Position numbers and translations under genes: made by a program
IMG/VR virus record: IMGVR_UViG_2791355164_000001
Location: 1 to 64,000 of that record
Length of the DNA stretch: 64,000 nucleotides
Strand: one strand, 5' to 3'
Origin: a virus
Taxonomy: Duplodnaviria; Caudoviricetes
The notes under the pieces: model-generated
Told to the model about the DNA's origin: nothing
Seen by the model: the letters and a program-made list of their open reading frames with translations, nothing else
Database searches by the model: none
Shown: positions 47,012-56,384 of the stretch, piece by piece
Layout: every line of letters begins with the position of its first letter
How positions within the stretch are numbered: the stretch's first letter is position 1

Positions 47012-47563
47012 TCAGGCGCTGCGGCGGCGTTCTATCAGCATATGCGCCATAGATTCCACTTCCTCAAAATCCCTTGAGGCTGCGGTTCTCAGTATCAGAT
47101 TCCATTTGCTGAGTGTGCGCGCATTTTTAGCCAGATCACTTCCTGCTTTCACACGTCCGCTTTCTTCCAGCCAGGCGGCTACTTCTGACCAGTCCCAAAG
47201 GGGAGACTGACCCTTTATGCGCTGGACAGGGCAGGGGAAATTGCCGTTGCCGCGCGTGCCGTCTTTGAGCATGGCGATTGCCTGGCGTGACATTTCGGTG
47301 TTCTCTGCAATGTCGCTCAGTCCCACCAGCGCCGAATCGACAGACGCCACTACAGCGCCGATTCCGGCTGATTCAACGTTTTCAACCGCTGACATAATGG
47401 CTTCATGCAGGGATTCTGCTTCGCGGTCAAACTCCAGATAAACGGCGTGGCCATATGCGCAAATCAGCGCATCATCACAGCCGCTTTCAAACAGCGCATC
47501 TTCCAGTCCTTCGGTCTCATACGTTACGCCTGAGAGTGTCAGAGTGAAGTTATAAAGCGCCAT
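47012..47563 (-). CDS. HicB-like antitoxin with C-terminal HTH
   Basis: LFESGCDDA...FDREA; LVGLSDIAE...SRQAI...FPCP. Confidence 0.65.
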   Translation of the reverse strand: MALYNFTLTLSGVTYETEGLEDALFESGCDDALICAYGHAVYLEFDREAESLHEAIMSAVENVESAGIGAVVASVDSALVGLSDIAENTEMSRQAIAMLKDGTRGNGNFPCPVQRIKGQSPLWDWSEVAAWLEESGRVKAGSDLAKNARTLSKWNLILRTAASRDFEEVESMAHMLIERRRSA

Positions 47564-47633
47564 AGTACCTCTTCTTTTTCGTGGGTGTGTAACTCGGTAA
47601 AGAGCGGCGTTAACCACTCTTTACCGGGCAAAA

Positions 47634-47858
47634 TCATGTGCAGTGATCGACCTTGCGCCTGATTTGCTTCGCGTGGTTCTCCGGGCTTCGCGGAGTAGAC
47701 CACACACTCATTTGATGATCTCGGTGTTCATCTTCTGGATTACCGCAGCGCAGCTTGCAAAAGCAGTGAGCTGAATCGCCCGGTGGAACCCAAACCCAGC
47801 CTTTCGTTAACGCATAATCAATGGCTGCTTGAATATGCTTGTTCGGATGTTTCTTCAT
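47634..47858 (-). CDS. HicA-like toxin
   Basis: 74 aa; GW....G.SAH...SVWSTP. Confidence 0.6.
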   Translation of the reverse strand: MKKHPNKHIQAAIDYALTKGWVWVPPGDSAHCFCKLRCGNPEDEHRDHQMSVWSTPRSPENHAKQIRRKVDHCT

Positions 47859-48098
47859 TCTCCTCCGAATAATAGTATTCTATTCTCCGTGTTGACATCC
47901 GTCAACGGCGGTGACTCTATCCGTTGATGCCCGCACCCCTAATTACCTGGTCACATGCTGCTGACTGCCAGCCCGGACTAACAACAAGATAATCCATTTT
48001 GATTGTATTGACAAGCAAAAGGTTTGTCTGTACATTACACCTCATGGCGCAACGTTGCGTCGTCGCCCTGGCGCACCAGGCATTTAAGGAACTTCTTC

Positions 48099-48779
48099 AT
48101 GACTCACGCACCAATGACTTCTACCGCTGCTATCCAGCATATGTCCCACACTTTGACCGGCGCGATTGCTCAGAGCCACCAGCCTGGCTTTATCGCTGCT
48201 GAAGCGTATACGGATATCAAAACCAACTACGAGCTGGTGGCCTCCAGCTGTACAGACCTGGCAACCGTCGTCTGGCTGCGTAACAACATCTGCTTTGGTT
48301 ACATAGGCGATGACTGCACCTTTGAAGAGGTCAATCTCACATACCGCGATCACTATGACTTCATCCTAAAGTCCGGCTGGCGTCCGGGTACTGCACCTGC
48401 GAATAAGCTGGTACTCAGCAATATGTATGAACTGGACTGGTGGGAGCCACAGGATATCGTGGTAACAGGCCACACTGACACTGAAGTAAGCGGCACTGCC
48501 ACCATGATAGACAGTGAGGGCGAGTATCAATTCGCGTTTGAGTGGACGATGATCATGGGCGAAGAGGCCGAGCAGTACGATATACCGTTTATGGTTAACA
48601 TCACGGCAGCACGCTTTACCCTGCCGTATGAGTTCTCGCTCTACGAGTGCGACGGAACCCCGCTTGATGCACTGACGGCCTTGCAGGAAATGGATTGCGC
48701 CCTGGGATTTTGTGTAGAGTCTTTCCTGGACGTTTACAAACAATACGCTCCGGCTGAAGGAGCCACTGACAGAGGTTAA
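48099..48779 (+). CDS. Hypothetical acidic protein
   Basis: Long ORF with SD AAGGA before ATG 48099. Confidence 0.55.
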   Translation: MTHAPMTSTAAIQHMSHTLTGAIAQSHQPGFIAAEAYTDIKTNYELVASSCTDLATVVWLRNNICFGYIGDDCTFEEVNLTYRDHYDFILKSGWRPGTAPANKLVLSNMYELDWWEPQDIVVTGHTDTEVSGTATMIDSEGEYQFAFEWTMIMGEEAEQYDIPFMVNITAARFTLPYEFSLYECDGTPLDALTALQEMDCALGFCVESFLDVYKQYAPAEGATDRG

Positions 48780-48781
48780 TC

Positions 48782-48991
48782 ATGACCGATAAAGCACGCG
48801 ACCCACGGGCTTTAAACTCAGTTAAGGGAGACGTCCCGGCGACGTCTCAGATTCAGATGCGCGTTACGCCTGACATTAAAGCCCGCTATGTCAATCAGGC
48901 ACGGCAGGAAGGTATGAAGCTGTCAGAGTGGATTCAGCATCATCTTAATGCGGTATGTCAGGCGGCAGACGACGCAAAGCAACAGGATTAG
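48782..48991 (+). CDS. Ribbon-helix-helix protein
   Basis: SQIQMRVTPDIKARYVNQA..EGMKLSEWI. Confidence 0.7.
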   Translation: MTDKARDPRALNSVKGDVPATSQIQMRVTPDIKARYVNQARQEGMKLSEWIQHHLNAVCQAADDAKQQD

Positions 48992-48998
48992 AACATCA

Positions 48999-49307
48999 GT
49001 GATCAAACAGGAAATCAGGGAGCTTTTTCTGGCGCACGGCTTCAAGATGGAGCCGCAACCTGACGGCAGTACCGATTTTGACCCGGCGTATTACAGCGTC
49101 GCTCAGGCGCTCGCAGAGCGTTTTAATGATATTTACGGGCAACCAGTAGGAAACGTGGAGATCGCCGCTGCTGGTGGCGCAGAGGCACGGACAGTGCCGC
49201 TTTTTTACGATAAGGCAGCGAGTATTGAGTTTCCCGTGTATGTCATGCGTGAGCCGTCCCAAAAGCCCGCGCTGGCCACCAGCAACAATCCGGCGTTCGT
49301 GCGCTGA
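48999..49307 (+). CDS. Hypothetical protein
   Basis: IRELFLAHGF..PQPDGS; start uncertain. Confidence 0.5.
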   Translation: MIKQEIRELFLAHGFKMEPQPDGSTDFDPAYYSVAQALAERFNDIYGQPVGNVEIAAAGGAEARTVPLFYDKAASIEFPVYVMREPSQKPALATSNNPAFVR

Positions 49308-49669
49308 TGGACGAACGACTAAGGCAGTACGGCTGGTGCTCGTTTGAGGGCTGGCCGGAAAGTGAAGTGCGCGATTTTCTTATCACCAAATGCCATATAC
49401 TCCACGCCCGCCAGCTACCCGACGGCAGCTGGTGCGGGCTGCTGCAGCTGCTGTACACGCTCAGCGTCTGCATGGGGATCACGCCCACTGACGCTTACGT
49501 GTACCGCTGGTGCTTTGAAGATCCGAAAGAGGCGGCACACTTCTATAAAACCGCCGTGGAGTATGACGAAATCCCGGTGCGCCGGGAGTCGCTGGTGGGG
49601 CATCGGCACACGACAGGCATTCCGCTTTACGTGGAATTTGACCAGCTCGGTCTGCCAAAGTGGCGTTAA
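49307..49669 (+). CDS. Hypothetical protein
   Basis: 120 aa, coupled to the previous ORF. Confidence 0.55.
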   Translation: MDERLRQYGWCSFEGWPESEVRDFLITKCHILHARQLPDGSWCGLLQLLYTLSVCMGITPTDAYVYRWCFEDPKEAAHFYKTAVEYDEIPVRRESLVGHRHTTGIPLYVEFDQLGLPKWR

Positions 49670-49741
49670 CACCTTTTTACTGACCACCAGCTACCCGGTT
49701 GGTGTCAGTGTTTCAATAACAGCAATACAGAATGGTAAAAA

Positions 49742-50173
49742 ATGGAAATCAGGATTAAATGCCCGCACTGCGGATCAGGGAGCGTCAAAAAGAGCAGGGC
49801 GGTTTATGAGCAGGGAACCTCAAAGACGCGCAGCGTGAGCCACACGGGCTGGATCTCAAATCGGGGATCGGGCGGCAGCAGGCGGCAGGGCAAATCAACG
49901 CGCCAGTCAGTAGCCGCATCGCGGAACGCACCAACCGGGGGAGGATTGGAAGGCATGGCTTTTGTCGGTTCATTCTTCCTGTTTACCTGGCTGGCTCTCT
50001 ACATACCGGCAACCACGCTTATGATCTCGTTAATCATGGGCTTTATTCTTTCGTTGTTGTTTACAGCGCTGGTGGCTCACCTGAACCGGCACAACCGGCG
50101 CAGGGCGCGGGAAGATTACGAAAGGCAGTGGTATTGCAGCAAATGCGGCGACACATTTTTACGTGGTAGCTAA
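49742..50173 (+). CDS. Membrane protein with split zinc ribbon
   Basis: CPHC ... two TM helices ... CSKC. Confidence 0.6.
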   Translation: MEIRIKCPHCGSGSVKKSRAVYEQGTSKTRSVSHTGWISNRGSGGSRRQGKSTRQSVAASRNAPTGGGLEGMAFVGSFFLFTWLALYIPATTLMISLIMGFILSLLFTALVAHLNRHNRRRAREDYERQWYCSKCGDTFLRGS

Positions 50174-50319
50174 TCCAGAGCATTAAATTGGCTTTGATAT
50201 AGTTACCCATATCAATTAAATCAGGCGCTTAGTGCGCCTTTTCTATGGTTGCTCTTGGTGTATCGCATCCCTAGAATGCGGCCACCTTTACGTTTATCAG
50301 ACAATCCTCATACGGACTC

Positions 50320-51396
50320 ATGACACAACAGCTCAAATCTATTCAGGCGCTGCGCGGGCTTGCCTGCCTTGCCGTCGTAACTTTTCATTTTCGCTATCAG
50401 ATCAAAACGCAATATCCGGCGTTAACCAAAGTGCTTTCAACCGGCGCTATTGGCGTGGATCTGTTTTTCATCCTCAGTGGCTTTGTTATTACGCTCTCCG
50501 TGTCGCGCATGGGTACAGGGTTCGCGGCAGCGGGTGACTTCCTGAAACGCCGTGCGCTGCGCCTGCTGCCCGCCTATTTCATTCTGCTGCTGATCAACTT
50601 CCTGTTAAGCGGGGCTATGGCGACGTTCCACTATGCGGATAAGACTCAGGCGCTGATTAGTGCGGCAACGCTCTCCGTCTACCTGCCGCAGCACGCGCCG
50701 TTTTACGTGGACGACGGCGGGTTTATGAACGTGCGCTGGACGCTCAACTATGAGTTTCTGTTTTACCTGATGATGGCCGTATGCCTGCTGGTGCGCGCAC
50801 GCTGGGTGGCGCTGGCCGCAATGCTGGGCGCGGCGCTGGTGGCGGCACCAATGGCAGCAGGCCACCAGCCGACGCTGCTGGTGCATGGCTACGATATGGG
50901 TTACGCCTACCTGAACCTGATGACCAATCCGATTATCTGGCAGTTTGCCGCGGGCGTGCTGATTGGCCTGGTTTACCCGTACATGGCGCGCCTGCCGGTG
51001 GCAACCCGTGTGCCGTTCCTGCTGGCAGCGGTTGCCCTGTTTGTGCAGCACATTATCAGCCACCAGCATATCGGGCATGGTCTGATGGCGTCTGGTACCG
51101 TGCTGGCGCTGCTGCTGGCCGCTGTGGCGTTCAATGACAGCTGGTTAGGACGCATCACGCCGCGCTGGCTGGTATTCCTGGGGGATATCTCTTTCTCCGT
51201 ATACCTGATCCATATCGTGACCAAAGATCGGTTATCAAAATCCTTCACGGATCAGGGTATGACGTTCTTCGTGTGCAACGTCCTGCTGGCACTGCTGGTG
51301 GGCTGGCTCAGCTACCGCTACATTGAGCCAATTGGCCAGAAGATAGCGCGCCGGCGCAGAGAGAAAGCGCTCCGTACCGTAAGCGATGCCGCATAA
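50320..51396 (+). CDS. Acyltransferase-3 family (OafA/ExoZ-like) O-acyltransferase
   Basis: IQALRGLA, GVDLFFILSGF, RR..RL.P, WTLNYE and SFSVYLIH motifs. Confidence 0.9.
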   Translation: MTQQLKSIQALRGLACLAVVTFHFRYQIKTQYPALTKVLSTGAIGVDLFFILSGFVITLSVSRMGTGFAAAGDFLKRRALRLLPAYFILLLINFLLSGAMATFHYADKTQALISAATLSVYLPQHAPFYVDDGGFMNVRWTLNYEFLFYLMMAVCLLVRARWVALAAMLGAALVAAPMAAGHQPTLLVHGYDMGYAYLNLMTNPIIWQFAAGVLIGLVYPYMARLPVATRVPFLLAAVALFVQHIISHQHIGHGLMASGTVLALLLAAVAFNDSWLGRITPRWLVFLGDISFSVYLIHIVTKDRLSKSFTDQGMTFFVCNVLLALLVGWLSYRYIEPIGQKIARRRREKALRTVSDAA

Positions 51397-51472
51397 CCCC
51401 GCAACCCTTCTGCCGCAAGGTTTCAGGCCTGTCAGCTATACTTAGTGGACAGGCTCAACAGAGGAGTAAGCG

Positions 51473-51679
51473 ATGAAATGTCCGACATGCGGTGCAGAGG
51501 CTTTTGTTTACGACACGCGCGACGTCCAGCTGAATACGGGCAACCCGGATGACATTGTAGAGGATGTGAAAGGGAGTCATTGCCTGGCCTGCGGAGAGGT
51601 GATCGTGGATATGTCAGAGGCCGATTCTTTCATGCGAAAGATCAGCGCGCTGGAAGCTGCAGCGGCACACAATCATTGA
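51473..51679 (+). CDS. Stand-alone MqsA/YgiT-type zinc-finger domain
   Basis: MKCPTCG...CLACGE...EADSFM; no HTH and no adjacent toxin gene. Confidence 0.75.
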   Translation: MKCPTCGAEAFVYDTRDVQLNTGNPDDIVEDVKGSHCLACGEVIVDMSEADSFMRKISALEAAAAHNH

Positions 51680-52061
51680 CTCAACAGCCCGCATCGAGCG
51701 GGCTTTTTACTTGCGCGCACTGGCCGTCATTCACCAGCTGTCTACAATCGCTCAAAATAATATGCCCGAACAGAGTTAGCCTTTCATCTCAATTAGCGTT
51801 AATGGCGTTCCTGATTGCACGCGCCTGCCTACCCCATTCATCCCGGTCATTCCATGTGCCGGAGCCACAGCCGCCTAATGCCGCTGGTGATGACAACAGA
51901 GGTACACGGGTGCAGTTTATAGTGAATAGTGAATAGTGAAACGGTGGCGTTTGAGGACGATTCTTATGCAGCAGCAACGATGTTTATCGACACTATGACG
52001 CACTGGGATAAAGATACTTATCACTATTATTCAATGATATTAGCTGATCTAGAACAGCCAT

Positions 52062-52691
52062 TTACTGGGGCTGTTTTAGGTCGTTTGTGTTGCCTGTATC
52101 AGTTACACCCGGTATTGGCGATGAAGGAATTAATGAATCTATAGCATTTTTCATCGCATCACGGGCTGTATCGCGAATGCCTGGTTTTGCGATTGAAATA
52201 ATGCCAACCAGAACAATGGTTGTGACCACTGTAGCGAGTAGACCAGAAATACCGCCTCCTATCCAACCTAAGAACCAGTAACCAAGTCGCTTCGCTAAAT
52301 GCGGCTTTGTTAAATGTGCGCTATATGCAGCAGCATTATCGCCCCATTCAACCCATTTTTTTCTTATTTCTGCTTCATGGGACGCTTCCATAGCTGATAT
52401 CCGCTGATCATAAACGTGACCAACGCCCTCACTAACTGTCAAAATCAGTTGGTCTACAGTTCTCCGCGCTTTGCCACGGTAATCATCTAGCTGGCGTTCG
52501 GAATGGGCGATACCATCATGAAAGCTTTCAAGTTCTGTATTAACCTGAGCATCAGTCATTCCACGAGTACGGCATTGGTTAGCGCGATCATCTTTGTCGG
52601 CTTTATACATTGCATAGGCTATCAACTGTAAGGGATCGTTAGAATCTTTAACGAGCTCAGTGAACACCCATTTCTTTGGCTGCGTTGTCAT
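52062..52691 (-). CDS. Hypothetical membrane-anchored helical protein
   Basis: 209 aa; IAYAMYK motif and a C-terminal TM segment. Confidence 0.6.
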   Translation of the reverse strand: MTTQPKKWVFTELVKDSNDPLQLIAYAMYKADKDDRANQCRTRGMTDAQVNTELESFHDGIAHSERQLDDYRGKARRTVDQLILTVSEGVGHVYDQRISAMEASHEAEIRKKWVEWGDNAAAYSAHLTKPHLAKRLGYWFLGWIGGGISGLLATVVTTIVLVGIISIAKPGIRDTARDAMKNAIDSLIPSSPIPGVTDTGNTNDLKQPQ

Positions 52692-52745
52692 TTCTCACCA
52701 CAAAATAAAACGCCCCAACTAAGGGGCGTCCAAAAAATTTTATTT

Positions 52746-53051
52746 TTAGCCTTTGCGGGCTTTGTTAAAGGCTTCTTTGAAGAAGTCCCGCCCTTCTGAC
52801 TGCGATAAGACTGAACCCGCAAGTGCCTTTTGCACTTCGGAAGCGCTTGTGCTTGCCAGCACTTTAGTTGCCAGGTAAATGACCGCTTTGCCGCCTTTAG
52901 CATGGCGGTGCGCGTGTCGTCTCGGCTTATGTGCACCGGATTTTCCTACTTTTGTCGTAGTAATTCTCTGGCGGGCTACATCCGCAACGGCTTTTTCGCC
53001 GATGCTGCGTATCTCTTCAGCTGTAAGCGCAGGCATGCGATATGTGGTCAT
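52746..53051 (-). CDS. Hypothetical basic protein
   Basis: 101 aa, SD GGAGG. Confidence 0.55.
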   Translation of the reverse strand: MTTYRMPALTAEEIRSIGEKAVADVARQRITTTKVGKSGAHKPRRHAHRHAKGGKAVIYLATKVLASTSASEVQKALAGSVLSQSEGRDFFKEAFNKARKG

Positions 53052-53469
53052 AATTTATACCTCCGTATAGACACTGAGTGTATATCGACCCAAAACCATT
53101 TGCATTAAATTAGACAATAGAATTTACAGCTAGCAGCGCATTTCCTACTTGTCGAAGCAGGTACGCGCACCATAATGGCCTGATGATGCTCTCACAGTGG
53201 CTGGTGGACGCAGAGAAAGAGCGTGACACGCTGTGGGCGGAAGATCACCGCCTGCGGTCAGGCGGCAACGTTCACTGTAATCAGTGCATAAGCTGTAGTG
53301 AGTGAGTTAGAGCCAATAAAAAAGCCCCTTAACGGGGCTTTTGAGTAAGAGCTAATGGCAACGGGTAAGAAATTTGCCTTGTAAAATTAGCAAATCCTTA
53401 GAATTTAGAAAGATATTTAAACCCAGCACCGCACCACCTGGCGCATAGCCTGACAGGCGTTACCGGGGC

Positions 53470-54270
53470 TTATTCCGCTGCCGCCGGCGCAGCCTCTGAC
53501 GCTGTGGCCACCAGCTCCGGGTCGGGCTGCAGGGCGTCAGTTTTCGCCTTTCCCTGCGCGATAGTGCGCAGCAGCTGCGCTTTTTCAACCGCTTCCTGCA
53601 CCAGATCCTGATCCATACCCACTACAGCATATTTATCCAAGCCTTCCATGCGGTAACGGTCGAGCTCCGGCACGAACTGCAGCATGTTCTTTTCGTTATC
53701 CGGCGTCAGGTAGACCAGCTGCCCCTGCGCGTCCGCGCCGGCAGGGAACAGCACCCAGGCACGCTGGCCCACACCCAGGACCTGCAGGAACAGCAGGGCA
53801 ACCGCCAGCGGCAGGGACTGCGACGCGCAGCTGACGTGCTGCTGCCTGTTTACCAGCAGGCCGTGGCTCTGCACGTCATACGGGTTAAAGCGGGAAACGG
53901 TCTCCGCGCGCCACTGGCCCGTCAGGGAGCCCGACACAAACGCCTCGCCGGTTACGTTCATTGGCAGCTGGCTCATGAGGTGCTGCGCTAAGCTGTGATC
54001 CATTGACGGCATCAGCAGGCGGGCGCCCGTTTTCTCATTGATGGCTTTCACCGCTGCAGCGCGTTCTTCGTCGTGCGCCGGCAGCGACTGCTCATGCGCC
54101 AGCCAGAACGATTTATCGTCATTTTCATGGCTCCAGACGGTAACGCCTTCAACGTTCTGCGGCGTAAAGCCCATCGTGGCCAGCAGGGCGATTTCCAGAT
54201 CGGCAGGGCTGATCTCGCCTTTCTCGTTAAGCTCAATGGACGTTTTGCTGCTGAGAATATATTTGGTCAT
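53470..54270 (-). CDS. Hypothetical protein
   Basis: 266 aa, in an operon with the dUTPase. Confidence 0.6.
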   Translation of the reverse strand: MTKYILSSKTSIELNEKGEISPADLEIALLATMGFTPQNVEGVTVWSHENDDKSFWLAHEQSLPAHDEERAAAVKAINEKTGARLLMPSMDHSLAQHLMSQLPMNVTGEAFVSGSLTGQWRAETVSRFNPYDVQSHGLLVNRQQHVSCASQSLPLAVALLFLQVLGVGQRAWVLFPAGADAQGQLVYLTPDNEKNMLQFVPELDRYRMEGLDKYAVVGMDQDLVQEAVEKAQLLRTIAQGKAKTDALQPDPELVATASEAAPAAAE

Positions 54271-54279
54271 GGTCTGGCC

Positions 54280-54924
54280 TTACTTGCTGGTGGTTTTCTT
54301 GGTAGTCGTGGTGGTCTTGGTCTCTTCAGCTGGCTCAGCATCCGACGACTCTGCAGGGGCATCCTGCGACGTTACAGGCACGTCGATTGGTGCTGGCTCC
54401 TGCGAAACTGTTGCGGTGCTGTCGTCGGCCGGCGTGCTGTCGGCAGTAGGCGTCGGATCGGTTTCCGCCGGGGTGGTGGAGCCAAAGCCGTTGTCGCCGC
54501 GGTCGGTTTCGGACAGTTCATCAACTTCTGTCCAGGTGACTGGCTCCACCTTCTCAATCACAGCCTGCGCAATGACCATGCCCGCCTTCGGCTCGATGGC
54601 CAGACCGCCTTCGTCGGCAATCATGCGCAGCTTGATCTCGCCGCGGTAGTCGCTGTCGATGATGGCCACGCAGTTGGACGGGCGCAGGAAGTTAGCGGTA
54701 CCCAGCCCTGAACGCGCGTAAATCTTCATGCAGTAGCCCTCGGGGATCTCCACGGCCAGCCCGGTAGTGATCCACCACGCGCGCGGCTGGCGGGCGCCGC
54801 CCTGCGTCTGTACAACGTTTAGTTTTACGTCCAGCGCGGTGATATCCCACGCTGCAGCGCCTTTTGAGCCACGGAAAGGCAGAACGGCATCAGGGGTGAG
54901 GCGTTTAATCTTTACTTCAGGCAT
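54280..54924 (-). CDS. dut: Trimeric dUTPase with C-terminal extension
   Basis: AAWDI, RSG, IDSDYRGE, IAQ and RGDNGFGST motifs. Confidence 0.9.
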   Translation of the reverse strand: MPEVKIKRLTPDAVLPFRGSKGAAAWDITALDVKLNVVQTQGGARQPRAWWITTGLAVEIPEGYCMKIYARSGLGTANFLRPSNCVAIIDSDYRGEIKLRMIADEGGLAIEPKAGMVIAQAVIEKVEPVTWTEVDELSETDRGDNGFGSTTPAETDPTPTADSTPADDSTATVSQEPAPIDVPVTSQDAPAESSDAEPAEETKTTTTTKKTTSK

Positions 54925-54927
54925 GAC

Positions 54928-55401
54928 TTACTCCGGGTTTTTAAAGGTGTAGTGGCGACGGGTGCGGTGCGAGTTTTCCTCAACGGGAACGTCGCGGTAT
55001 TCCACCAGCCCGCGCTCAATGAGTTTTCTGGCTGACTGCAGGAACAGGGGATGACTGACGGCAAATTCTTTGCGCATATCGTTGGCGGTAATGAATTTAC
55101 GATCGTTGAGCAGCATCAGAATGGCATGTTCGATCTTTCCCATTCTCATAGGCGTCAGGCTGACGGCAAAAGAAGGGCGCATGGCCAGCGAGTATTCGCC
55201 GTCAATAGAGCGCTCAGCCAGGCCGACTTTACACAGGTCCAGCAGCGTTCCCCGGATGACGTGCGTTTCGGTGCCGGGAAGGGCGCGCGTAAAGCGCCGG
55301 CGCGTCGCGGTGCGCTCCTCTTTCAGCAGCAGCAGCACAGCCTTTGCCGTCTCCGGATAGCGCGCACGAAAAATTTTAAGTTTCGGTAAAATATGCTTCA
55401 A
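54928..55401 (-). CDS. Tandem winged-helix protein, P1 Mat-like
   Basis: 157 aa with two wHTH-like units; downstream of cre as in P1. Confidence 0.5.
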   Translation of the reverse strand: MKHILPKLKIFRARYPETAKAVLLLLKEERTATRRRFTRALPGTETHVIRGTLLDLCKVGLAERSIDGEYSLAMRPSFAVSLTPMRMGKIEHAILMLLNDRKFITANDMRKEFAVSHPLFLQSARKLIERGLVEYRDVPVEENSHRTRRHYTFKNPE

Positions 55402-55501
55402 AGTTCTGTTATCCTCGCCAGTGGTTTATTTCAGAAGTCCACGTCCAATGGTTATGAGTAAACCAAAGGAATAAGGGAGCCAGCGATGGCTCCCTTTTTC
55501 T

Positions 55502-55960
55502 TTAGTCCTGCGTCCACTTCTCGCCCGTATCAGCACACTCCACGCCATGACACACGCGCCCCTGATCCAGACGGTAGGCCATGCCGCCCAGCTTTATGCG
55601 CTTGCGGCAGTGCTGCGCGCCTGACAGGTAGGCATGCGGAACGGCGGAGTCAATCGCCCCTTCCTCGGTGCATAAGCCGTCCTCAGCGTCGCTGTACCCG
55701 CGGGCAAACTCGCTCAGCACTTCGCGCCGATCCTCAAAACGTATTGTCTCGCCCCGGTCCAGGCAGCGGGTGTACTCAATCGCGCCGTACTTCGCCAGAG
55801 TGGCAATAGTTTTGGGGTGTCTGAATATCTCCTCGCCCCAGTAATGCCCGGTGCAGGAGTCAACGTAGGAGCCGTTGGAATAGGTGCCGATAGGATTAGA
55901 GACGTCGTGTGCGGTCGCCACTGCGACAAAGAAGTTAACGACGTTGCCGGTAACAGACAT
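55502..55960 (-). CDS. Hypothetical protein
   Basis: 152 aa, coupled to the upstream ORF. Confidence 0.55.
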   Translation of the reverse strand: MSVTGNVVNFFVAVATAHDVSNPIGTYSNGSYVDSCTGHYWGEEIFRHPKTIATLAKYGAIEYTRCLDRGETIRFEDRREVLSEFARGYSDAEDGLCTEEGAIDSAVPHAYLSGAQHCRKRIKLGGMAYRLDQGRVCHGVECADTGEKWTQD

Positions 55961-56292
55961 TATTGCCCCGCAAAAAGCCGCTGGCGGCTGCTGAACGTGG
56001 GTTTACCCTGCTGGCTGAATGCGTCGTCCACCAGCCCGACAAACCCGGCAAATTCCTTTCTGTAATACTCCAGTAGTTTATTTGCGGCGCGGTCGGTGAT
56101 GTTGGAAACGTAGAAGCAGGCGCTGTGTCGGTCGCAGTAGGTCTTATCGAGGGTCAGCAGCGGGGCTGCTTCTGACAGGGTGCTTACACCAAACTCCACC
56201 AGCGCAACTCCGCCGCGCATAATGGCGGTAAAGCTCAGCTGGTGGGCGTCTATGTCAAAGGTGCGGTGCAGCAATATCTGTTGTGTGGCCAT
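55960..56292 (-). CDS. Hypothetical protein
   Basis: 110 aa, after an operator-like site. Confidence 0.55.
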   Translation of the reverse strand: MATQQILLHRTFDIDAHQLSFTAIMRGGVALVEFGVSTLSEAAPLLTLDKTYCDRHSACFYVSNITDRAANKLLEYYRKEFAGFVGLVDDAFSQQGKPTFSSRQRLFAGQ

Positions 56293-56384
56293 CGTTATTC
56301 GCAGGTGCGTGACAGCCAGGATTGTGCGACAAAAGCACTATGGTTACAAATTATATTTCTTTAGAATTTAATTAACCTAAAAGA

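Noticed and set aside
51580-52144. ORFs 51580-51936, 51789-51977 and 51929-52144
   Set aside because: Poor starts and mutual overlaps; they look like remnants or chance frames.
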